From ANME-2 cluster archaeon (GTDB lineage Archaea > Halobacteriota > Methanosarcinia > Methanosarcinales > Methanocomedenaceae), in assembly GCA_019429385.1 (NCBI GenBank), contig JAHYIS010000004.1, positions 7,597-71,596 on the forward strand: a DNA stretch of 64,000 bases. The letters are read 5' to 3'. The notes under the pieces were generated by a model, which was not told the DNA's origin, made no database searches, and saw nothing but the letters and a program-made list of their open reading frames with translations. Positions 9,434 to 18,007 of the stretch are shown here, in pieces (within the stretch, counting starts at the first letter, position 1; the number at the start of each line of letters is the position of its first letter). The position numbers were made by a program, and so were the translations under genes.

Positions 9434-9784
9434 TCAATCCTTTACCCACGGACTTTTAAATCCACCAGTACTGATCTCGCGCATCCGCTTGACCATGTAA
9501 TCATGGGCCATATTAACCGTTTCCAGGTCCCCTCGCAGTACCAGTATTTCGCGGGGGTCGATTTCCACGATCTGAACATTGGCCAGTCTGGTCACCGGTT
9601 CCAGGTCAAACTCCTCCACCAGTTCCACGATTAATGATTCGGGTACGCCGGGTGGTATCATAAGGTCATACAAACCTTCAAGCTCGTTAACTTCCGGTTT
9701 TCCTTCCAGCTCATCTTCTTCAGTAAATTCGTCACCAATATAGACGTTCTTTTTATCCTTATTTTTCATTGCTGTTTCTGTCAA
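9434..9784 (-). CDS. acidic hypothetical protein
   Basis: It is a 116-aa ORF with an acidic N-terminal half. No motif was recognised. Confidence 0.45.
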   Translation of the reverse strand: MTETAMKNKDKKNVYIGDEFTEEDELEGKPEVNELEGLYDLMIPPGVPESLIVELVEEFDLEPVTRLANVQIVEIDPREILVLRGDLETVNMAHDYMVKRMREISTGGFKSPWVKD

Positions 9785-9834
9785 TTGATCACCATTATAT
9801 TTGTATCGATAAACCCATCATTCTAATACCTGTG

Positions 9835-10245
9835 TCATGAGATTTTCGTACCAGCGTTTGGTCCATAGACCGAGTCATAAACCTCTTCTACATGGAATAT
9901 AAGAACAGCTTTACCAGGCAATTTCTTGGATGAAGCCATTGCTTGAGCTTCATCATACATAGCCCCCTTTTCAAGATAGTCAACTGAACCTTTGACCTGA
10001 TAGGATTTTTTGGATTCAGCATCATAAGCAACCAGGGATAATTTCGGATTGGCTTTAAGGTTATCCGCGGTTTTCTTGAGGAAGTTGTCAACTATCATTA
10101 TTGTCTCATCATCAATGAATTTCCACATGCCGACAAAAATAACATTGGGTTTGCCGGTTTTGTCTGCCGTTGCAATTGGCAGAGGTTTCTGTTTTTGGAT
10201 AACTTCTTTCACTTCAGTGGATAATTTGACCATATTGTTCACCAT
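9835..10245 (-). CDS. pyridoxamine 5-phosphate oxidase-like FMN-binding protein
   Basis: The pattern PLPIATADKTGKPNVIFVGMWKFIDDETIMIVDNFLKKTADNLKANPKLSLV is typical of the small PNPOx-like split-barrel family. Confidence 0.65.
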   Translation of the reverse strand: MVNNMVKLSTEVKEVIQKQKPLPIATADKTGKPNVIFVGMWKFIDDETIMIVDNFLKKTADNLKANPKLSLVAYDAESKKSYQVKGSVDYLEKGAMYDEAQAMASSKKLPGKAVLIFHVEEVYDSVYGPNAGTKIS

Positions 10246-10335
10246 TGATTGTTGTAGTTATTGAGGTTCATAAAGGTTTGGATATATGAACTGTCCTGAT
10301 ACTTTGGCTGGTTAAAACAGAATAATTATATTTTT

Positions 10336-10695
10336 TTAAGCATGGGACTGTATGATCTTGTACCACTGATATGCCATTGTTACAAGTATGAAAATGACTA
10401 CAAAACCGAGAAAATCAAATACTACCTCACCTGGCCCCATATATACAAACTTGTATTGATAGAGAACGGCAAGCCTGTACATTCTCCTGAATATAATTAT
10501 TCCACCAACTATTACCAGGTACAGCCAATTTCGTTCCAGGAATCTCTTATCAAGGAACGCCCTGGCTTTAATGATATCCACACTGGTTTTTTGCCATACG
10601 ATCCAATTTTTTACAACAAAGACTAATCCCAACAATCCCAAAATAATGGATAATATATTAAAAGTCAGAGATAATAAATGATAGGTTTCCAACAT
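10336..10695 (-). CDS. small membrane protein
   Basis: It is 119 aa with three hydrophobic segments. Confidence 0.45.
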   Translation of the reverse strand: MLETYHLLSLTFNILSIILGLLGLVFVVKNWIVWQKTSVDIIKARAFLDKRFLERNWLYLVIVGGIIIFRRMYRLAVLYQYKFVYMGPGEVVFDFLGFVVIFILVTMAYQWYKIIQSHA

Positions 10696-10977
10696 TAATC
10701 ACCTTATTTAAGGTTTAAACGTTAACCTATATAAAGTATATATCTACTTTTTTATTTTAATCAAATATTAAATTGTCCAACCATGGTATGGTGATTTATT
10801 CAAGAACAATAAAGGCATTCTTAAATCCGGGAAAAAATAATAAAAAAATAAGCCTGAAATGACACACGGTGTTGAAGACAACAAAAAAATAATAAAGAAA
10901 ACCAGTTATCCCAGGTCATTCAAGTTCGTACTATAAATAGTATTATCCAGAATACATTAATTACGGGGGTCATTGAT

Positions 10978-12429
10978 TTGAAATTCAATAATCTTAAGAT
11001 CATAGCCAGAGAAATTGGAAATCTTTTGCTGATAGTCTGTGTATTATCATTCCTGTCAATATCTATTTCTTTCATATTCAATGAATATCATGCAGCTTTT
11101 GGATTGCTCGTTACGTCTCTTCTCTCGGGAATTGCCGGACTTGCATTAAAATATTCGTGCAAGGGTGCGAGTGACCTCCAATTGAAACATGCAATGGCCA
11201 TCTCATCCATAGCATGGCTTGTTATACCTCTGTTCAGTGCTCTCCCCTATATTCTAGTAGAAAGGATGTCGCCGTTAAATTCGTTCTTTGAAGCAGTCTC
11301 AGGATGGACCGGTACCGGACTGAGCATGATAGTTGCCCCTTCACAACTCACCCATACCATTCAGTTCTGGCGCTCCCTCACTCAATGGATAGGTGGTGTC
11401 GGAGTTATTGTCCTGATGTTAAGCATAATAACCCGGCCAGGTACCATCATGTTCTATTTATATCGTGCCGAGGGACGGGAAGAAAAAATATTTCCGCATA
11501 TCATGGATACTGTGCGAATGATATGGTGGATATACTTCTTTCTTACTTTTATTTCAATACTTCTTCTCCTGGCAGTGGGAATGCCGTTGTGGGATTCAAT
11601 AAATCATGCCATGGTCGCGGTAGGAACAGGTGGTTTTTCAATAAAAGATGCAAGTATAGCCTCATATGACAATCCATTTATTGAACTGGCTCTCATTCCG
11701 ATAATGGTAATAGGTGCAGTTTCATTCCTTGTCCACTATAAAATATTGAAGGGCAATCCAGGTGAATTCCTGAGGGATCTGCAGTGTCGTACTTTACTGA
11801 TTGTGATCATAGTGGCCGCATTCGGTCTTACACTTGAGAATTATCTCCATTTCAGTGATTGGATACTGTCATCCCGGTATTCAATATTCCAGGTTGTTTC
11901 AGCCCTGACATGCACCGGTCTGCAAACAGGAATAATCCATGAATGGACTTCCACTGCCCATATCGTACTCATCCTGGTAATGTTGCTGGGAGGTGCTGCA
12001 GGTTCAACAGCAGGCGGAATTAAACTTATTCGTGGTGTTGCCCTGTATTCGGGAATTGACTGGTGGTTCAAAAAGATCTCACTGCCGGAAAATGCAGTTG
12101 TTGTTCATAAGTTTGGCGAAAAGGTGCTTTCAAGTGATAATATGTACGCCCTTCTCAGCGAAGCCGCACTTATTTCATTTCTGTGGTTTATTTTTCTTAT
12201 CATTGGAATATTTGTCATGCTTCAGATCACTCCGTTATCTTATGATCTGGACGACGTCATATTTGAAGTGGTATCAGCACAGAGCAATGTAGGTCTATCC
12301 ACCGGAATCACGACTCCGGACATGAACTGGGCCGGAAAGATCATGTTGATAATCAATATGTGGATAGGCAGGTTAGAGATCATTCCGATTATTGTGATGT
12401 TCAAGCTAATATTCCGGGGATTTGAATAG
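10978..12429 (+). CDS. trkH: Trk/Ktr-type potassium transporter membrane subunit
   Basis: It is a 483-aa polytopic protein. It has repeated pore-loop motifs (SGWTGTGLS, AVGTGGFS, ALTCTGLQTG, SNVGLSTG) typical of TrkH/KtrB. It uses a TTG start. Confidence 0.9.
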   Translation: MKFNNLKIIAREIGNLLLIVCVLSFLSISISFIFNEYHAAFGLLVTSLLSGIAGLALKYSCKGASDLQLKHAMAISSIAWLVIPLFSALPYILVERMSPLNSFFEAVSGWTGTGLSMIVAPSQLTHTIQFWRSLTQWIGGVGVIVLMLSIITRPGTIMFYLYRAEGREEKIFPHIMDTVRMIWWIYFFLTFISILLLLAVGMPLWDSINHAMVAVGTGGFSIKDASIASYDNPFIELALIPIMVIGAVSFLVHYKILKGNPGEFLRDLQCRTLLIVIIVAAFGLTLENYLHFSDWILSSRYSIFQVVSALTCTGLQTGIIHEWTSTAHIVLILVMLLGGAAGSTAGGIKLIRGVALYSGIDWWFKKISLPENAVVVHKFGEKVLSSDNMYALLSEAALISFLWFIFLIIGIFVMLQITPLSYDLDDVIFEVVSAQSNVGLSTGITTPDMNWAGKIMLIINMWIGRLEIIPIIVMFKLIFRGFE

Positions 12430-12492
12430 CAAAAAAGAAAAAAGATTTTTACATTACAGTTCAATTAAAACCGGGTAATCCGGACATTGACA

Positions 12493-13401
12493 ATGGATGC
12501 ATTTTCAATTATTTTAATTATTGTGGGTCTTGCTCTCTTTGAGACAGTGACCAGCATCGACAATGCGGTAATCAATGCAGAAGTGCTCTCGACCATGTCC
12601 ATGAAGGCAAGACGGTGGTTCCTGACATGGGGAATTTTCATTGCAGTCTTTGCCGTCAGAGGCGCATTACCCTGGCTGATTGTCTGGTCATCCCATCCAT
12701 CCCTGGGTCCTGTTGATGCTTTTACAGCCATGTTCAGCAATGACCACGAGATAGCAATGGCCATCGAAGAATCATCACCGGTATTGCTGGTATCAGGCGG
12801 CGTTTTCCTGATATTCCTGTTCTTTCACTGGCTGTTCATCGAGACCAAGAACTACGGTCTCAGGGGCGAGAGATTCTTTTACCGGCACGGGGTATGGTTC
12901 TTTGCAGTAGTGTCCATTATTCTAACTTTAATAACGTGGTTTTCCATTCAGCAGAACCCATTTATGGCATTCGGTGCGGTGCTGGGTTCAACGGCATTTT
13001 TTATTGTTCACGGTTTCAGGCAGAATGCAGAACAGAGGGAGAAAGAACTTATAGGTAATACTCATCTGACCGACTGGAGTAAGATCATGTATCTGGAAGT
13101 TATCGATGCAACATTTTCTATTGATGGTGTGGTAGGTGCATTCGCATTTACTCTTTCAGTCCCGTTGATCCTGGTCGGGAACGGTATCGGTGCCATAATG
13201 GTGCGCAATCTCACAATGAGCAACATTGACAGGATAAAAAAATATCTATATCTGAAAAATGGAGCGATGTATTCAATTTTTTTCCTGGGAATGATCATGG
13301 TGCTGGACAGTTTTCAATTCCATATTCCACCCTGGCTGTCACCAGTGATAACATTTTTAATAATCAGTTATTTCTTTTTAAAGTCACGAAGGTTCCTATG
13401 A
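12493..13401 (+). CDS. DUF475/TerC-like integral membrane protein
   Basis: It has the N-terminal LALFETVTSIDNAVINAEVL motif and multiple TM segments. The ORF opens at TTG 12487 and the first ATG is at 12493. Confidence 0.7.
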   Translation: MDAFSIILIIVGLALFETVTSIDNAVINAEVLSTMSMKARRWFLTWGIFIAVFAVRGALPWLIVWSSHPSLGPVDAFTAMFSNDHEIAMAIEESSPVLLVSGGVFLIFLFFHWLFIETKNYGLRGERFFYRHGVWFFAVVSIILTLITWFSIQQNPFMAFGAVLGSTAFFIVHGFRQNAEQREKELIGNTHLTDWSKIMYLEVIDATFSIDGVVGAFAFTLSVPLILVGNGIGAIMVRNLTMSNIDRIKKYLYLKNGAMYSIFFLGMIMVLDSFQFHIPPWLSPVITFLIISYFFLKSRRFL

Positions 13402-13495
13402 ATCATTGATAGTATCCAAGGGAAATATGAATTATTTACTCAATTATTTTCATAGTGACGGATTACCGATTAATTATAATTGATAGTTATCACAG

Positions 13496-13849
13496 TTACT
13501 TGCCCGTGTTACTCTTTTTTACCTGTTCGATAACTGTTCTGCCACCGTTGACATTAAAAACCGTGTTGTGTATTATCAGATTTTCACCAGTAGAATAGTA
13601 AATTATAGCTGCGGCAACTATCGCAAAGGGACAGGTATGTTTTTTCTCAGATAAAATCATATGTGAATTCTTTTTGGCAAATTCACATTGTTTCACTTCA
13701 AAGACATGCGTTCCATTTACCTGTTCGATAGTTACCTCATTGAAGTATTTTGATGAATTAAGATTATCAATATAAACTTGCAGGTTCTCCTGCATACTTT
13801 TTGACTTACTTATATAACCGATATCACCTAATTCAAATGTAGTCTTCAA
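13496..13849 (-). CDS. hypothetical protein, start uncertain
   Basis: The ORF starts at TTG 13849. The frame stays open upstream to 13957, encoding plausible sequence (VIFSYERAHENLVGTTSKAILQELIKE) with no ATG/GTG/TTG. Confidence 0.4.
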   Translation of the reverse strand: MKTTFELGDIGYISKSKSMQENLQVYIDNLNSSKYFNEVTIEQVNGTHVFEVKQCEFAKKNSHMILSEKKHTCPFAIVAAAIIYYSTGENLIIHNTVFNVNGGRTVIEQVKKSNTGK

Positions 13850-14173
13850 TTCTTTTATAAGTTCCTGGAGAATTGCTTTGCTGGTGGTTCCAACTAAATT
13901 TTCATGTGCTCGTTCATAACTAAAAATAACATGGTGTAAAAGAATGGTTATTTTTTAAAAATCATCAATAGTTGATTCGGTTTGCTTGTTACTCTCTAAA
14001 ATTAATGATTTGTAAAGTATATAATATTTGTCATTATGTTTTTTACCGGTTATCCCGAAACATTGAATTTATCGCCTTGACATCTACGCAAAATAAGACC
14101 GTGTAATGTGGGTATATCCCGTAAGAACATTCGCGACCACAATGCCACAATCCAAATAGATATCAATAATTGA

Positions 14174-14758
14174 ATGATTCTTATACCGATGTCAGTCGTG
14201 GACAGGGTAAAAGCCACCCTGAAAATAGAGAACATGGTAGCCTCCACATCAGTAGGCGATTATGTCGACCTGGTACACGCGGCAGAATTGTTCGAGGGGG
14301 CAGAGTATGACCCTGAACATTTTTCAGGTGTTATTGTCAGGTTGAAAGAACCCTCAAGTACAGTCCTGGTATTCAGGAGCGGTAAAATGGTTTCAACTGG
14401 CGCCAAGGGCTACGAGATTGTTGAGGATGGCATTGGCAGGGTAGTGGAAGCATTGTACGGTGCAGGACTCATTCCGGAGATAGTTCCCTACATCCAGTAT
14501 AAGAACATCGTATTCTCGGCAAACCTTGGTGTACAGCTGAACATGAATAAAGTAGCACTGGGTCTTGGTCTTGAGAATGTGGAATATGAACCGGATACAT
14601 TCCCTGGCATGGTGTACCGTTTATTCGTACCAAAGGTAGTCATATTGATATTCAGTACAGGCAGACTGGTCATAACTGGTTGTAAAGAATATGATGATGC
14701 ATTGGAAGCATTAGATATAATTGTCCGGGACCTGGAAGAAATGGGTATTCTGGAATAG
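14174..14758 (+). CDS. tbp: TATA-box binding protein
   Basis: It has LKIENMVAST near the N-terminus and a second repeat (YKNIVFSANLG). Both halves of the TBP fold are present. The likely start is the second ATG at 14189. Confidence 0.9.
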   Translation: MILIPMSVVDRVKATLKIENMVASTSVGDYVDLVHAAELFEGAEYDPEHFSGVIVRLKEPSSTVLVFRSGKMVSTGAKGYEIVEDGIGRVVEALYGAGLIPEIVPYIQYKNIVFSANLGVQLNMNKVALGLGLENVEYEPDTFPGMVYRLFVPKVVILIFSTGRLVITGCKEYDDALEALDIIVRDLEEMGILE

Positions 14759-14813
14759 AATTACTCTTTTTTTATACACGCGTGAAGTATTGTACTATGA
14801 GAATATTCTACCA

Positions 14814-14925
14814 GATACAGGATCTCATGAAAAGGATCCATTCATGTTACATGGATGAGAAGTACCTGGATATCCAGGAAGTGCTTGTGATACAGGATCT
14901 CATGAAAAGGATCCATTCATGTTAC
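14814..14925. repeat. two identical 37-bp direct repeats flanking a 38-bp spacer with a 14-bp palindrome
   Basis: The sequence gatacaggatctcatgaaaaggatccattcatgttac occurs at 14814-14850 and again at 14889-14925. The palindrome cctggatatccagg lies at 14865-14878. Confidence 0.9.
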
Positions 14926-15244
14926 TGGAATCACTATACGTCTGTATGAATTCATAAAAGTCGCTTCCATAAGCCTCTTCCAGATGTTCCATTATTCCAT
15001 GCGATATCAATTCCGCCATCTCTTTCTCCCCTGCAACGGGTGAATATACATAACGCAGTTTTGAACCTGACTGGATGGTCTCCCTGGTCACATATCCCGC
15101 ATCTTCAAGCCTGGAAAGGAGACCTGATACCGTAGCAATTTTCAATACCCTGTTATTCTTTGATAGATATTGCTGTATCTGCGTACTGTTCAGAGTTCTT
15201 TTTTCCCACAGTATCTGGAGTATTTCGACCTCGTAAGGACTCAT
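14900..15244 (-). CDS. BlaI/MecI/CopY-family winged-helix repressor
   Basis: The sequence MSPYEVEILQILWEKRTLNSTQIQQYLSKNNRVLKIATVSGLLSRLEDAGYVTRE...YVYSP matches the penicillinase-repressor family layout. The ORF is open to 15334, but that extension covers an operator-like dyad, so I prefer the ATG at 15244. Confidence 0.7.
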   Translation of the reverse strand: MSPYEVEILQILWEKRTLNSTQIQQYLSKNNRVLKIATVSGLLSRLEDAGYVTRETIQSGSKLRYVYSPVAGEKEMAELISHGIMEHLEEAYGSDFYEFIQTYSDSSNMNGSFS

Positions 15245-15301
15245 GAATTTCACCAGTCCTTTTTTTTCCAGATTTATGTGATGTATTCTGACCACGAGTT
15301 T

Positions 15302-15314
15302 TACAGTAGGTGTA
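15302..15314. promoter_or_regulatory. TACA-N5-TGTA dyad (box A)
   Basis: The box reads TACAgtaggTGTA and is followed by aagtatataaa (TATA-like). It lies upstream of the regulator's preferred start. Confidence 0.55.
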
Positions 15315-15428
15315 AAGTATATAAATGTTTGCACCAGAATTGAAAATAACGCTTAGGACTGACGTTTTTAAAATCGTATGGTGAAATTTGAATGTTATTT
15401 TAAGCGAAAGGATAATAAACACGCAGTT

Positions 15429-15461
15429 TACAATAGGTGTAAATACTATACAGTAAGTGTA
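15429..15461. promoter_or_regulatory. two adjacent TACA-N5-TGTA dyads (boxes B and C)
   Basis: TACAataggTGTA lies at 15429-15441 and TACAgtaagTGTA at 15449-15461. They sit 47-80 nt upstream of the thioredoxin-like gene ATG at 15508. Confidence 0.55.
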
Positions 15462-15507
15462 AACACACGGACGTAAGCAATAGAATAGTAAATTTGGACG
15501 GTAAGAG

Positions 15508-15996
15508 ATGTTCAATAAAAGACCGATAATTCTGGCAATCCTGGCAGGCATTGTGATAATTTCAGCTTCAGTTTATCTCTTAAATCAAAACGACAACGCA
15601 ACAGCACTTCCTGATGAAGTGAACACTACAACCCTGAATCTGGGCCAGCTCACGTTCCAGACCTCGATTGGCGATGCAATGCACCGCGCGCAGTCAGAGA
15701 ACAAAATGATATTTATTTACGGCAGGTCGCTATCCTGCGGCTGGTGCAAGAAATTCGAAGCCGAGTCGTTCAATGATGAACGAATCACGAGTTTACTCAA
15801 CGAGAATTTTGTTCTTCTGTCCATCGATACAGTCGAACAGAGGGATATTGCCATCAATCTTGGCATAAGAGCCACCCCCACTTCCATTTTTACCACACCG
15901 GACGGCCAGGAAATAATTGGCACAAGAATTCCCGGATATATGGACCAGGACTCCTTCTATGAACACCTGAATGAAGTAATCAACAACGAGGTATAA
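15508..15996 (+). CDS. membrane-anchored thioredoxin-fold protein (CGWC)
   Basis: It has an N-terminal TM anchor, the CxxC motif LSCGWCKKFE and a thioredoxin-like downstream pattern. Confidence 0.8.
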   Translation: MFNKRPIILAILAGIVIISASVYLLNQNDNATALPDEVNTTTLNLGQLTFQTSIGDAMHRAQSENKMIFIYGRSLSCGWCKKFEAESFNDERITSLLNENFVLLSIDTVEQRDIAINLGIRATPTSIFTTPDGQEIIGTRIPGYMDQDSFYEHLNEVINNEV

Positions 15997-15997
15997 C

Positions 15998-17257
15998 ATG
16001 GCAGCAAAGAAGAAACTAAACAGAGCCGCAAATCAATCACAGGGGGCAGTCGCCCCTTCAAAAAACCGCAGGAAAAAAGAGCACAATAAATTATTAATAT
16101 ACGCCGTCGCCGGAGTCGTAATACTTGCCGGTGCATATTTCATAATGAGCAATAACACCCAGGCTGATAATTATGATGACCTGAACCTTCCAAGCTACGC
16201 ATATAATAACCCGGTAACCCTGAAGGCTTATGGATACACCCTGAAAAATCCTGAAGTAGTTGAGAAGATACCCTGTTATTGCGGGTGCGGCGGAATGGGC
16301 CATAAGAGCCTGAAAAACTGCTTCATCTCTGACGAGGGAGTGTATTCCAGCCATGCTTCCAACTGTGACATCTGTGTTGGCGAGGTCATCAGGATAAAGA
16401 ACCTGTTCGACTCGGGCATGTATATATCAGAAATAAAGGATGTCATCGATGGTGAATACAGCAGGTACGGACCCAACAACGGAGGAGTTCCAATCTCGCA
16501 GGACTTCAATATCAACACGATAAGTGCAATAAGCAGCGCCCCATCACCCAGACAGGCCCCTGATGTGGATTACAGCAAACTTGAAATGAAATACGGTTTC
16601 AGGAGCCTTGCTAACGGTCTTAACATGACCCCGAAAGGAGTGATATGGGGCCAGTTCGTCAATATGAAACTGGTTGATGGTACCCCTCTCAAAGAATATG
16701 GCGTGACAAGGATACAGCCTCCCGGATTCTATGGAGTGCCGCTCGTTAGCATGTTCAGTGCCGATTACAGCCAGGACTCATGGATAGAGCTTCATGATAT
16801 AGGATATACCGACACTGGCATATTACCGGTGAATGAGCCGGGCATGAGCAATATTGTAACGACCAGGCCTTTTATCTTCGGGCATACTTACAATGTGCAG
16901 CAGACCAGCCTGCTTATTACCGGCACATCGAATCTGGAAAATTCTTATGGTGACTACAAGATACTGCTTGATGAGGTCGACGGTGAAAATACAGCCATAG
17001 GCATGGTAGGAATTCCCAGGACCCGTTACTCTGATACATTCTACAGCGGTTTGAATGATGCCGGGAACGGACTGGTTCAGCACGAACTGGTATATCACCT
17101 GGTACAGAATGGCGAGATACTGGTCTCAGAGTACAGGACAAGGGCATCCAACAGTCTTGCATCAGGATTTACCCGGTATGATGTTGAGCAGACCGGCGAT
17201 CTGTTGACGGTGACCATCGTGGGCACCCTGGATAATGTACTGGCCGAAACCCAATAA
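15998..17257 (+). CDS. PCYCGC-motif protein with N-terminal TM anchor and large unknown C-terminal domain
   Basis: It has the literal motif IPCYCGCGGMGHKSLKNCF followed by SNCDICVGE. A basic N-terminus is followed by a TM segment. About 250 aa of the C-terminus are uncharacterised. Confidence 0.75.
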   Translation: MAAKKKLNRAANQSQGAVAPSKNRRKKEHNKLLIYAVAGVVILAGAYFIMSNNTQADNYDDLNLPSYAYNNPVTLKAYGYTLKNPEVVEKIPCYCGCGGMGHKSLKNCFISDEGVYSSHASNCDICVGEVIRIKNLFDSGMYISEIKDVIDGEYSRYGPNNGGVPISQDFNINTISAISSAPSPRQAPDVDYSKLEMKYGFRSLANGLNMTPKGVIWGQFVNMKLVDGTPLKEYGVTRIQPPGFYGVPLVSMFSADYSQDSWIELHDIGYTDTGILPVNEPGMSNIVTTRPFIFGHTYNVQQTSLLITGTSNLENSYGDYKILLDEVDGENTAIGMVGIPRTRYSDTFYSGLNDAGNGLVQHELVYHLVQNGEILVSEYRTRASNSLASGFTRYDVEQTGDLLTVTIVGTLDNVLAETQ

Positions 17258-17268
17258 GGAGTACAGGC

Positions 17269-17991
17269 ATGGAAGTCCAGGCACCGTCCCTTGTATTGGC
17301 ATTCGCGGCAGGGTTATTGACCATCCTGACACCCTGCATCCTGCCTATCCTGCCAGCTGTACTGGCGGGTTCACAGGGAAGCAGGTTTCGCCCGGTATCA
17401 ATAGTCCTGGGCATGTCTCTCTCGTTCACCCTGATGGGGGGTGTGATATCTGCTGTTGGCTCTTCGATATTTGAATTAGGAGAATACCTCAGGTGGTTTG
17501 CCATTTTCTTTATCACCGGTATGGGTGCCGTGATGTTTGACGAAGATATTAACAACATCTATGTCGGCTTATCCAGCAGGGTACTGGAAGCGGTCCGGTC
17601 CGTGTTGAAGCCCCTGACCAGCAGGGGACCGGATATCCAGGGACAGGGTATGCTGGGCGGCTTTGCACTGGGTTCATCCCTCGGTTTCATGTGGATACCC
17701 TGTGTCGGCCCCATCCTTGGCTCCATACTCCTGTTCGCCAGCCTGAAAGGAAATACCGAGTACGGCATGTTGATGCTCATGGTATATTCTATCGGAGTAG
17801 GTATTCCCATGCTGATAATCGCATATTCGGGAAAATATGCAGCTGCGAACTTCAGATGGTTGATGCCATACACTCCCTGGTTCAAGAAACTCTCAGGCCT
17901 GGTGCTGATACTGGTTGGATTGATGATACTGTTCGGTATCGACAAGATGATACAAGCGGCTCTGCTGCCCTTTATTCCGCCAATAATATAG
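17269..17991 (+). CDS. ccdA: CcdA/DsbD-family thiol-disulfide electron transporter
   Basis: The two conserved membrane Cys contexts are present (TPCILPILP and WIPCVGPILG). It has about 6 TM segments. Confidence 0.85.
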   Translation: MEVQAPSLVLAFAAGLLTILTPCILPILPAVLAGSQGSRFRPVSIVLGMSLSFTLMGGVISAVGSSIFELGEYLRWFAIFFITGMGAVMFDEDINNIYVGLSSRVLEAVRSVLKPLTSRGPDIQGQGMLGGFALGSSLGFMWIPCVGPILGSILLFASLKGNTEYGMLMLMVYSIGVGIPMLIIAYSGKYAAANFRWLMPYTPWFKKLSGLVLILVGLMILFGIDKMIQAALLPFIPPII

Positions 17992-18007
17992 GAGGACGGA
18001 CACTGCC

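Noticed and set aside
15153-15551. A 132-aa minus-strand ORF spanning the regulator/thioredoxin intergenic region.
   Set aside because: It runs through the operator and promoter region and overlaps two better-supported genes.
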